A DNA stretch of 64,000 nt from Gammaproteobacteria bacterium (GTDB taxonomy: Bacteria; Pseudomonadota; Gammaproteobacteria; Eutrophobiales; Eutrophobiaceae), in contig CBDCDS010000003.1 in the NCBI GenBank assembly GCA_965215365.1, forward strand, positions 2,112,001 to 2,176,000. Reading direction: 5' to 3'. Below the pieces are notes generated by a model. It did not search any database. It had not been told where the DNA came from and was given only the letters and a program-made list of their open reading frames with translations. The position numbers and the translations under genes are program-made. This document shows positions 53,298-61,828 of the stretch, piece by piece. Position 1 is the stretch's first letter; each line of letters starts with the position of its first letter.

Positions 53298-53344
53298 CCG
53301 CTCCGCCAATTCTGTATAATACGCCTTTTCCCCATGAGGAACTT

Positions 53345-53725
53345 ATGACTGGTTCGGAAACACCACTGTCGCCGTTTTTGCAGTATCGACCGCAGTTGAC
53401 CTCGGTATTGTCCTTCCTGCACCGCATCACTGGCGTGGCGCTCAGCGCCGGCGCGGTGTTGTTAAGCGCGTGGCTGCTGGCAATCGCCGCGGGCGCGGGG
53501 GTGTATGACCTGGTCGACGGGCACGTGACGGCCTGGTACGGGCAAGGTGTCGTCGGCGCGTTCCTGTTTGCGCTGTATTATCATCTCTGCAACGGTATCC
53601 GCCACCTGTGCTGGGACCTGGGCTGGGGGCTGGAGCTCAGCGCCGCCTACCGCAGTGGTTACGCCGTGCTCATCGTGACGTTGGCGCTGACGCTGCTCAC
53701 TTTCTGGCTGGGGTGCGCCGCGTGA
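53345..53725 (+). CDS. sdhC: Succinate dehydrogenase cytochrome b556 subunit
   Basis: PLSP, YRPQLTS.LS.LHRITG, YHLCNGIRHL.WD; TATAAT at 53315-53320 and GAGGA RBS upstream. Confidence 0.94.
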   Translation: MTGSETPLSPFLQYRPQLTSVLSFLHRITGVALSAGAVLLSAWLLAIAAGAGVYDLVDGHVTAWYGQGVVGAFLFALYYHLCNGIRHLCWDLGWGLELSAAYRSGYAVLIVTLALTLLTFWLGCAA

Positions 53726-54069
53726 GCCGGCGTGTCGGCACAAGTGTACGGCGCTGGTGGTATCAACGCTTGTCCGCGGCGGCGCTGCTGCCGCTCAGCC
53801 TGTGGTTGATATATGAGTTCTGCACCCTGGCGTCACTGGATTATGCCGTGGTGCGCGCCTGGCTGGGGACGCCGACAATAACCATCCTGTTTATCCTGCT
53901 CATACCTGCCCTGTATTACCATGCCTTGCTCGGGCTGGAGGAAGTGCTCGAAGACTATGTTGCAGATACCGGCAAGAAGCACACAGCCATCACCCTGACC
54001 AGATTACTGGTAGCCCTGGGCGCTGGCGCCGCGTTGCTGGCCGTGCTGCTGGTGAACCTGGGAGTATAG
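53722..54069 (+). CDS. sdhD: Succinate dehydrogenase hydrophobic anchor subunit
   Basis: WWYQRLSA, H..LGL..VLEDYV; GTG 53722 overlaps the sdhC stop. Confidence 0.92.
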   Translation: MSRRVGTSVRRWWYQRLSAAALLPLSLWLIYEFCTLASLDYAVVRAWLGTPTITILFILLIPALYYHALLGLEEVLEDYVADTGKKHTAITLTRLLVALGAGAALLAVLLVNLGV

Positions 54070-54072
54070 GCG

Positions 54073-55866
54073 ATGGGTACGGCTTACCCGCTGGTGCGGC
54101 ATGACTATGATGTGGTGGTGGTAGGCGCCGGCGGCGCCGGCCTGCGCGCCACCTTTGGCATGGCAGAGCAAGGCTTGAAAACTGCCTGCATCACCAAGGT
54201 GTTCCCCACCCGCAGCCATACTGTGGCGGCGCAGGGCGGCATGAGCGCGGCGCTGGGCAACATGGGCGCGGACGACTGGCGCTGGCACATGTACGACACC
54301 GTAAAAGGGTCGGACTGGCTGGGCGACCAGGACGCCATCGAATACATGTGCAAGGAAGCGGCGGCGGCGGTGATTGAACTGGAACACTACGGCGTGCCGT
54401 TCTCACGCACCACGGACGGCAAGATCTACCAGCGCCCGTTCGGCGGCATGACCACTAACTTCGGCGAGGGCATTGCGCAGCGCACCTGTGCCGCGGCCGA
54501 CCGCACCGGCCACGCCATCCTGCATACCTTGTACCAGCAATCACTCAAACATGACGCCGAGTTCTTCATCGAATACTTCGCCATCGATCTGGTGATGGAT
54601 GAGGACGGCGCCTGTCGCGGCGTACTGGCCTGGGACCTGGAACAAGGTCGGCTGCACTGTTTTCGCGCCCATACTGTGGTGCTGGCGACCGGCGGCTATG
54701 GGCGCGCCTATTTTTCCTGCACCTCGGCGCATACCTGCACCGGGGACGGCAATGCCATGCTGCTGCGCGCCGGCCTGCCCTTGCAGGACATGGAGTTCAT
54801 CCAGTTTCATCCCACCGGTATCTACGGCGCCGGCGTCCTGATTACCGAGGGGGTGCGCGGCGAAGGCGGTTACCTGACCAACTCGGCGGGCGAGCGTTTC
54901 ATGGAACGCTACGCGCCGAATGCCAAAGACCTGGCGTCGCGTGATGTGGTGAGTCGTTCCATGACTATTGAAATTCGCGAGGGACGCGGTCTCGGCGCAG
55001 AACGCGACCACCTGCACCTGCATCTGGAACACCTGGGGCCGGAAGTGATTCACGAACGCCTGCCCGGCATTGCCGAGTCGGCGCGTATTTTTGCCGGGGT
55101 GGACGTCAGCAAGGCGCCCATCCCGGTGCTGCCGACGGTGCACTACAACATGGGCGGCGTCCCCACCAATTACCACGGTCAGGTAGTCACGCTGCGGGAC
55201 GGCAACCCCGACCATATCGTACCCGGCCTGATGGCTATCGGCGAAGCCGCCTGCGTCTCGGTGCATGGCGCCAACCGCCTCGGTTCCAACAGCTTGCTGG
55301 ACCTGATCGTCTTCGGTCGCGCTGCAGCCCTGTGCGCAGCGCGGGAAATTAAGCCCGGCGCCGCGCATAAACCCCTGGCTGACAGTCTTTTCGAGCCCAC
55401 CCTGGCGCGTTTTGATCGCCGGCGTCATGCCCGCGGGGAGTTACGCACGGCGGCGCTCAGAAACGATATGCAACGCACCATGCAAACCAATGCCGCGGTG
55501 TTTCGCAACGGGGAAATTCTGGCCGAGGGGATGAGTAAAATGGATGCCATCTACCGCTCCTTCGAGCAAGTCAAGGTCTCGGATCGCTCGCTGATCTGGA
55601 ACACCGACCTAGTGGAGACCCTGGAACTGGAAAACCTGTTGCAATGCGCCCAGGCCAGCATCCGCGCCGCCGCCAACCGCACTGAAAGCCGCGGCGCCCA
55701 CGCCCGCGAGGACTACCCGGAACGTGACGATGACAACTGGATGAAACACACCTTATCCTGGCTGCAGCCGGAGAGCGGCGAGGTAAGTTTTGACTACCGG
55801 CCGGTGCACCTGCACACCTTGACCGACGAAGTGGAGACGATAGCGCCCAAAAAACGGGTGTACTAA
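54073..55866 (+). CDS. sdhA: Succinate dehydrogenase flavoprotein
   Basis: [41 protein letters not shown]. Confidence 0.98.
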   Translation: MGTAYPLVRHDYDVVVVGAGGAGLRATFGMAEQGLKTACITKVFPTRSHTVAAQGGMSAALGNMGADDWRWHMYDTVKGSDWLGDQDAIEYMCKEAAAAVIELEHYGVPFSRTTDGKIYQRPFGGMTTNFGEGIAQRTCAAADRTGHAILHTLYQQSLKHDAEFFIEYFAIDLVMDEDGACRGVLAWDLEQGRLHCFRAHTVVLATGGYGRAYFSCTSAHTCTGDGNAMLLRAGLPLQDMEFIQFHPTGIYGAGVLITEGVRGEGGYLTNSAGERFMERYAPNAKDLASRDVVSRSMTIEIREGRGLGAERDHLHLHLEHLGPEVIHERLPGIAESARIFAGVDVSKAPIPVLPTVHYNMGGVPTNYHGQVVTLRDGNPDHIVPGLMAIGEAACVSVHGANRLGSNSLLDLIVFGRAAALCAAREIKPGAAHKPLADSLFEPTLARFDRRRHARGELRTAALRNDMQRTMQTNAAVFRNGEILAEGMSKMDAIYRSFEQVKVSDRSLIWNTDLVETLELENLLQCAQASIRAAANRTESRGAHAREDYPERDDDNWMKHTLSWLQPESGEVSFDYRPVHLHTLTDEVETIAPKKRVY

Positions 55867-55881
55867 ACCAAGAGATAGTCT

Positions 55882-56664
55882 ATGGCACAATTCACCTTAC
55901 CGAAAAACTCAAAAGTCAAGCAGGGCAAGTCGTTTCCGCTGCACGGAACGGGCGCGCGCAAGCAAACCTTGCGCGTGTATCGCTGGGACCCGGATGCGGG
56001 AGAAAACCCGCGCCTGGACAGCTACGAAATCGATCCTGACCAGTGTGGACAGATGGTACTGGATGCGCTGATCCATATCAAAAATGAGATAGACCCGACC
56101 CTGACATTCCGCCGTTCCTGCCGCGAGGGCATCTGTGGCTCCTGTGCCATGAACATTGACGGGGTGAATACTCTGGCCTGCACCCGCCCCCTCAGCGACC
56201 TCAGGCAGGACCTCAGGGTCTATCCGCTGCCGCATACTCCCGTAGTGAAGGATCTGGTGCCCGACCTGAAGCATTTCTATGCGCAATATACGCACATCAA
56301 ACCCTGGATGCAGACCGACGCCCCGGTGCCGGCACAAGGTGAACGCTTGCAATCCAGGCAAGATCGGGAAAAACTCGATGGCCTGTACGAGTGCATCCTG
56401 TGCGCTTGCTGCTCCACCTCCTGCCCCAGTTACTGGTGGAACAGTGAGCGCTACCTGGGCCCGGCGGCCCTGTTGCAGGCTTACCGCTGGATCATCGACA
56501 GCCGGGACGAGAATACCGAGGCGCGCCTAGACGCGCTGCAAGACCCGTTCAGCATGTATCGCTGCCACACCATTATGAACTGCACCAACACCTGCCCCAA
56601 GGGCCTGAACCCGGCCAAGGCCATCGCCGGGATTAAGCAACGGTTGGCGGCCAAGGCGTTTTGA
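55882..56664 (+). CDS. sdhB: Succinate dehydrogenase iron-sulfur subunit
   Basis: [30 protein letters not shown]...CP. Confidence 0.98.
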   Translation: MAQFTLPKNSKVKQGKSFPLHGTGARKQTLRVYRWDPDAGENPRLDSYEIDPDQCGQMVLDALIHIKNEIDPTLTFRRSCREGICGSCAMNIDGVNTLACTRPLSDLRQDLRVYPLPHTPVVKDLVPDLKHFYAQYTHIKPWMQTDAPVPAQGERLQSRQDREKLDGLYECILCACCSTSCPSYWWNSERYLGPAALLQAYRWIIDSRDENTEARLDALQDPFSMYRCHTIMNCTNTCPKGLNPAKAIAGIKQRLAAKAF

Positions 56665-56680
56665 TGGATTCCTGCCCCCC

Positions 56681-56732
56681 CTTGCGCGTCATTCATTGCC
56701 TCTAGGGAGGGACGCAATGAATGACGCGCAAG
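56681..56732 (+). promoter_or_regulatory. 19-bp perfect hairpin covering the sdhE start codon
   Basis: CTTGCGCGTCATTCATTGC-(CTCTAGGGAGGGAC)-GCAATGAATGACGCGCAAG; regulatory role inferred. Confidence 0.6.
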
Positions 56733-56977
56733 AGGAACTGAAACGGCTGTACTGGCGCTGCCGGCGTGGCACCCGGGAACTGGACCTGTTGCTGCTGCGC
56801 TTCCTAGAACGGGACTATCCGGGTTTGCCGGCAACAGCGCAAGCCCTGTTCGGAAGCCTGCTTGAGGAGAGCGATCCTGATCTGTATGCCTGGTTCAGCG
56901 GGCAGTGCGAACCGTCCAACCCGGACTACCTGTTTATTATCGATAGAGTTAAAGCAGCCTCTAACAATGAACGCTGA
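56717..56977 (+). CDS. sdhE: FAD assembly factor SdhE (YgfY)
   Basis: RLYWRCRRGTRELDLLL, LL...DPDL..W. Confidence 0.92.
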   Translation: MNDAQEELKRLYWRCRRGTRELDLLLLRFLERDYPGLPATAQALFGSLLEESDPDLYAWFSGQCEPSNPDYLFIIDRVKAASNNER

Positions 56978-57680
56978 ACTGTCCGGTTTCCTCACCGCCA
57001 TCCGCATCGCAGGCGCCGACGCGGCGCCATTCCTGCACGGGCAATTCACCACCGATGTCGCCGGGCTTGGCAACGATCAGGCCGGGCTCAGCGCCTGGTG
57101 CGACCCCAGGGGGCGGGTGCTGTTCACCTTCATGCTGGTGCGGCAGGATAACACCTTCCTGTTACTGCTGCCGCCGCCGCTGCAGGAAGCATTCAGCAAG
57201 CGGTTGCGCCTGTACATACTGCGCGCCGCTGTGGTCATCAGCGCGGCGGAAACAGCGGCAGCCCCCCCCCTGCCCGGTCTGTCCGCAACCGCCACAACCT
57301 CCCCGGCCGCGACCTTCATCAGGCAAGGGTTCCCCCTGCTCCACCCCCAAACCAGCGGCCGCTTCCTGCCCCAGGAACTGAATCTGGATGACTTGGGCGC
57401 CTTGTCCTTCAGCAAAGGCTGCTACCCCGGCCAGGAGATTATCGCCCGCCTGCGCTACCGCGGCGATGTCAAACGCCGCCTGTGCCGGGCCACCACGGGC
57501 AACCCGACTCCCCTGCAACCCGGCGCGGCGCTACGCCTTGAAGGAGAAGGCCGGCAGGTCGGCACAGTAATAAACTCGGCAATCACCGATGCTGGTCAGG
57601 AATTACTGGCCGTCGTGGAACAGCCATTTATTGAAACCGGACGCGCAGCCGCAGACGGCTTTCCGGTTATCGTCAATTAA
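56967..57680 (+). CDS. ygfZ: Folate-binding Fe-S repair protein YgfZ (short form)
   Basis: G.DA..FLHGQFT.D, FLPQ.LNL, SFSKGCYPGQE. Confidence 0.88.
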   Translation: MNAELSGFLTAIRIAGADAAPFLHGQFTTDVAGLGNDQAGLSAWCDPRGRVLFTFMLVRQDNTFLLLLPPPLQEAFSKRLRLYILRAAVVISAAETAAAPPLPGLSATATTSPAATFIRQGFPLLHPQTSGRFLPQELNLDDLGALSFSKGCYPGQEIIARLRYRGDVKRRLCRATTGNPTPLQPGAALRLEGEGRQVGTVINSAITDAGQELLAVVEQPFIETGRAAADGFPVIVN

Positions 57681-57685
57681 AGAGG

Positions 57686-58012
57686 TCAATTCGCCACAGG
57701 CGCTTGAATTGGTTTTATTTTTTCCAGTTCGTAGCTCAAGCCCTGCTCTGCACGGCATAGATCATAGTTCTGTTGCAACCTCAACCAGACCCCCGGCCCG
57801 TTACCCACCAACCTGCCTATCCGCAACGCCATTTCCACCGTCACCGGATGAGTACAAGCCAGTACTCGATGAAGTTGCTGACGTGAGATGCCCAACCGCC
57901 GCGCCATTTCACTGACTGATAAACCCAGCGTCGACAGCACATCTTCACGCAGGACTTCACCCGGATGCACCGACCGGCGTCTTAATGGGCGTTTTACAGT
58001 GTACTCAGTCAC
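57686..58012 (-). CDS. higA: HigA-family (XRE HTH) antitoxin or regulator
   Basis: HPGEVLRED, HTH, MALRIG, WLRLQ..YDL; GTG 58012 overlaps the res stop. Confidence 0.85.
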   Translation of the reverse strand: MTEYTVKRPLRRRSVHPGEVLREDVLSTLGLSVSEMARRLGISRQQLHRVLACTHPVTVEMALRIGRLVGNGPGVWLRLQQNYDLCRAEQGLSYELEKIKPIQAPVAN

Positions 58013-61000
58013 TTTCTCGCTCCAATACGTTTGCAATAACTTGTTTCAAACAATCACGCTCATTCAGGAAGTAAACCCCGTCCCCTTTCCATTCCTCCAG
58101 GGAACGTGGCGCGCCGTCAATCTGATGCGCCGGCGTCACTGACAGCACGTAAGCGCTCAGGCGCAGGTTGGGGTCGATGTTGCATACCTGCTGTTCAACT
58201 TCCTTTATCGTGTGGTGCAGCCGTACCTTTTTTTGCTCTTTGGGCCCATACCGGCCCAGCCCTTTCGGATCAAGGAAAATCACATGCTGGCAATGCTTGT
58301 CTTGCAACCAGACAATGAAATCCGGGTAATAGCTGAAATCATCGAAAAATGATACGCCGCGACCGCGGGAAAGATTGCGTATCAGATATAACTCCTTGTC
58401 CTGCAGGCACGGGTCCCGGGGTTCTGCCAATTCCCTGAGTTTTTCCACCACCTTTTTTTCATCCATATTCAGGGCAACCGGGCGTATCGTCACCTTGCAA
58501 TCCGGCGCCGCGTACAGCAAAGGCTGGTAAGCATGAGCCTCCGTCATGATCATGCCCAGTTTCGAATTATAAAGATAACCTTCCCGAAGGTTGTCTGACA
58601 ATTCATGAATATCCCTGACCAGATGTTTTTGCGTCACTGCTGCCGATAGTTCATATTGTTTAACGTTGTTACTGTCATTCTCGCTCAGCGTGACCACTTC
58701 GATGTGCTCGCTCTCCCAGAGCCGCCGCCGTGCGCGCCAGAACTGGTTGACATACTCGGTGACAAGCTCAAGCGCAATCTCTTCTAACTCCTGTAACCCC
58801 TTGAAATTATTCAGGCACAACCGTTCTCGTGGCATGTACAGCACATACCAGTCATGATTTTGCAGGAGCTGCTCGATAGTCTCATATCTTATAACCAGGT
58901 TGTGCCAGTGATGCTGTTGCTTACGCGCCAGCAGCCGGTGGTAAATCCGTGCAGTGTTGAAAAATGTACGATGCGCTTTGAGCTTGACTGATTCTTCTGC
59001 AACCGCGGGTTCGGAAACCCTGTCGCCTGAGGCCATGGATTGCAGACGGGGATATAAGTTCAACGTTACCAGTGGTCGGTTCGGCGCGTCGGGGTTTGGC
59101 AGCACTGGCCGCTGCTCGGACAACTCAAATTTCCGGTTATCCTTGATACGAATCAGCTTCAATTCGGGCTTCCTGCCGAAATTCCAGGTAACGGGCAATT
59201 TGACGGTATCCTGTTCCCCCAACATATCTTCTTTTTCCATCAGATTACGAAAAGCCTGCATATAGTTGGCGCGCAAGCCGAAAATGTACAAGGTTTCAAG
59301 TTGCGCCAGCTCAGCGCTGTCATCCGGCAATGCCGCACCGCTGCTGCGATGGCGTTTCAGGCTCATGTTCCAGCCTTTCAGGCGCACCCCGCGCCCGAAC
59401 ATCTGGATAATTTCCGGCCCCTCGCCCACACCGACGTGCATTAAGCCCATGACGCTGACCCGCCAGGAATTCCAGCCGGCGATAAACCGGCGCGCGCCGA
59501 TGACGATATTCACCGGCGAGTTGGGCTGGTCCACCTGCGCGAACAGTTTTTCTGCAAACCCTGCTTCCCGTTCAATGACGATATCCGGGTTGGCGTCTGC
59601 CAGTAACAGTTTATGCAGCGCGGTGGCATCGCCGATGTTGACCACGCCAAATACGGGATTATCGGCGCTGCGTAAGTGCAGCTCCCCTTCTCCGGCAGTG
59701 AGATAGGCAACATGCAGCGGGCCCGGGCCATTGCACAAGGTTTCGCAGATGTCGGCGTACAGGTCATTTTTGGAATTGCGCTGAAGGTAGTCAAACCAGC
59801 CGTGAAAGTAATCCTCCCCGCGTTCGTCAGGCAGGCCGGACTGACCGGTGAGCAAGCGGGTCAGCATCTCCCGCACCTGCCCGCCGTGCGCCAGCACCCA
59901 GGCCAGGAAATTCAGGATGCGAATAACGTCTGATCTGGTCGTCTGATCTGCTTTGCTCGAACCGGTGACGGTCTTGCCGAGAAATACCCACAGTGGTTGG
60001 GTCACGTTAAATGATGTCCAGCGCGCGCCCTGATCGAGCCAGATGCGATACTGCTGGTAGAACGTCAGCAGACAACCCAGCAGGTACATGTTACTGCCGG
60101 CGTCTTCCATACCGCCGGGCAGGTTGGATATGGCGTAGTCTTTGCCATAACCATCTTCGTGAAACTGGCGATAGCTGTAATCAAACAGCAGACATTTCCC
60201 ATAGGTATCCAGCAGGCCGGCATCCTTGTTACTCACCACCTGATTGAAGGTCGCGGAATATTCAAAGGTAAAACCGCCGCGGGACAACTCTCGGCGCCGC
60301 GCCCGCCAGACCTTGCCGGATGCGCCCAGGTGTCCCTCATCGACCAACACCAGGTTGTTGTCGCCGAAATCCTGCACGGCGACCCGTTTGACGCCTTTTT
60401 TCTCTGCCAGCTTGTTGAGATCGATGATCTCAATGGGTGACAGTATATCGGCGCCGGCTGCCGCGGAAAATAAACGCGCGCGCAGGCCGCTGGCCCGTAA
60501 CTCGCGTTCATGCTGCATCGACAGCTGCTCGTTCGGCGTCAACAGCACGATATTATTCAACCGCCCGCCGCACCGCCCCAGGTAGCGCTGAAACTGAAGA
60601 ATATGCGCGTGCATCAGCAGCGTCTTGCCGGAACCGGTGGCGCTTTGAAAAGCAAGGGTACGCAGGTCTTCCGTGACGTACTCAGATATCTTTGCCACGT
60701 GCCGATACCCGGCTTTGGCTCTGTTCAAATCAGCGCACAGTTGCTCAGGATCGTCAAAATAGCGGCTGAGGTAGCGCTCGGTGAACAGCAAGGCAAGATA
60801 TTGGTAGGCTTTCCACCCGCGCCCGTGTTCCTCGGTCATACGCAAGGTGCGGCTGTGGCTGACTATGTTGGCGTCGTATTCGCACAGTTGCTCGGGAGAG
60901 ACGCGCGCCCGCCCCGGATGCAGGTACAAGGCCTGCGCATACTCACTCTCGCCATTGGGCGTAAACCCCGACGGCACATCCCTGAGCCGGCCCAACATCT

Positions 61001-61073
61001 CGCGCAGGTTTTCATAGCCAAATTCCTGGCAAAGGAAACGGTGCAGGATGAGGCGGTTTTGCAGTAGCAGCAT
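58005..61073 (-). CDS. res: Type III restriction-modification Res subunit (SF2 ATPase plus PD-(D/E)xK nuclease)
   Basis: ATGSGKT, DEGH, EYSAT, QMFGRGVR, C-terminal YPDF...LDPKG. Confidence 0.88.
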   Translation of the reverse strand: MLLLQNRLILHRFLCQEFGYENLREMLGRLRDVPSGFTPNGESEYAQALYLHPGRARVSPEQLCEYDANIVSHSRTLRMTEEHGRGWKAYQYLALLFTERYLSRYFDDPEQLCADLNRAKAGYRHVAKISEYVTEDLRTLAFQSATGSGKTLLMHAHILQFQRYLGRCGGRLNNIVLLTPNEQLSMQHERELRASGLRARLFSAAAGADILSPIEIIDLNKLAEKKGVKRVAVQDFGDNNLVLVDEGHLGASGKVWRARRRELSRGGFTFEYSATFNQVVSNKDAGLLDTYGKCLLFDYSYRQFHEDGYGKDYAISNLPGGMEDAGSNMYLLGCLLTFYQQYRIWLDQGARWTSFNVTQPLWVFLGKTVTGSSKADQTTRSDVIRILNFLAWVLAHGGQVREMLTRLLTGQSGLPDERGEDYFHGWFDYLQRNSKNDLYADICETLCNGPGPLHVAYLTAGEGELHLRSADNPVFGVVNIGDATALHKLLLADANPDIVIEREAGFAEKLFAQVDQPNSPVNIVIGARRFIAGWNSWRVSVMGLMHVGVGEGPEIIQMFGRGVRLKGWNMSLKRHRSSGAALPDDSAELAQLETLYIFGLRANYMQAFRNLMEKEDMLGEQDTVKLPVTWNFGRKPELKLIRIKDNRKFELSEQRPVLPNPDAPNRPLVTLNLYPRLQSMASGDRVSEPAVAEESVKLKAHRTFFNTARIYHRLLARKQQHHWHNLVIRYETIEQLLQNHDWYVLYMPRERLCLNNFKGLQELEEIALELVTEYVNQFWRARRRLWESEHIEVVTLSENDSNNVKQYELSAAVTQKHLVRDIHELSDNLREGYLYNSKLGMIMTEAHAYQPLLYAAPDCKVTIRPVALNMDEKKVVEKLRELAEPRDPCLQDKELYLIRNLSRGRGVSFFDDFSYYPDFIVWLQDKHCQHVIFLDPKGLGRYGPKEQKKVRLHHTIKEVEQQVCNIDPNLRLSAYVLSVTPAHQIDGAPRSLEEWKGDGVYFLNERDCLKQVIANVLERESD

Positions 61074-61075
61074 CG

Positions 61076-61531
61076 TCAGTCAATCGAGGGGCCTGGTTCG
61101 TGCACCCTCCATTCTGTTTTACTTTGGATATGATGTAATGCGTCAGCCGCATTCAGAATTCGTATCCCCTGCCAGGGATGAAGCGTCAAAAGATCACCGT
61201 CGCCACTAACAATGAGATCAGCTTGTGCAGCCAATGCCGTAGCAATTACCACATCGTCATCAACATCACGGACGGTGCGTTCAAGCGGTTTTGGTTTCAC
61301 AAGTTCGGTTAGCGCTCCATAGCGTTGCAGCAAATAAGACCGGGTGATTCTCTGTGACGCTAACATTGTTGTAAACTTCTCCCTTCCCAATACCTCAAAC
61401 AACTCATCAAGTAATTCGCTACTGGTGAGTAATTTTATGAGGCTGTCGCGACCATATTCAAGTAATTGCCGCGGCCTCCCATCCCAGAGTAAACCTGATA
61501 CAACGATATTGGTGTCAAGCACCACGCGCAC
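61076..61531 (-). CDS. PIN-domain putative toxin
   Basis: MRVVLDTNI, E...VL, RD.DD, IVSGDGDLL acidic active-site motifs. Confidence 0.9.
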   Translation of the reverse strand: MRVVLDTNIVVSGLLWDGRPRQLLEYGRDSLIKLLTSSELLDELFEVLGREKFTTMLASQRITRSYLLQRYGALTELVKPKPLERTVRDVDDDVVIATALAAQADLIVSGDGDLLTLHPWQGIRILNAADALHHIQSKTEWRVHEPGPSID

Positions 61532-61760
61532 GCCGTTTTCTCTGTGCGCGCACCGCGTTGACTTCCTGTTGAACCTCTTCCGGTGTCATGGGAGGAAAAT
61601 CAGCTGCCACCAGCTTGCCCGTGGCTTTGAACAGGTCGTCCACAGCAAGCCGGTGTAACGCCTCTCGCAACAAAACCTCAAGCGCATCAGGCGCAAGCAA
61701 CCCCGCTTTTGCAGCTTCATCAGCCAGATTGTCCGGTAAATCAATGGTCAGTGTTTTCAT
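61515..61760 (-). CDS. Putative antitoxin (RHH-like N-terminus)
   Basis: MKTLTIDLPD.L; 81 aa, overlaps the PIN gene start, EV.AVR tail. Confidence 0.75.
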   Translation of the reverse strand: MKTLTIDLPDNLADEAAKAGLLAPDALEVLLREALHRLAVDDLFKATGKLVAADFPPMTPEEVQQEVNAVRAQRKRRARGA

Positions 61761-61828
61761 GATCGGGCTTTTCTAATCCAGGTAACCTCTACTCATCTGA
61801 AGGTTCATCAGAAGATATAAGTATCTCA

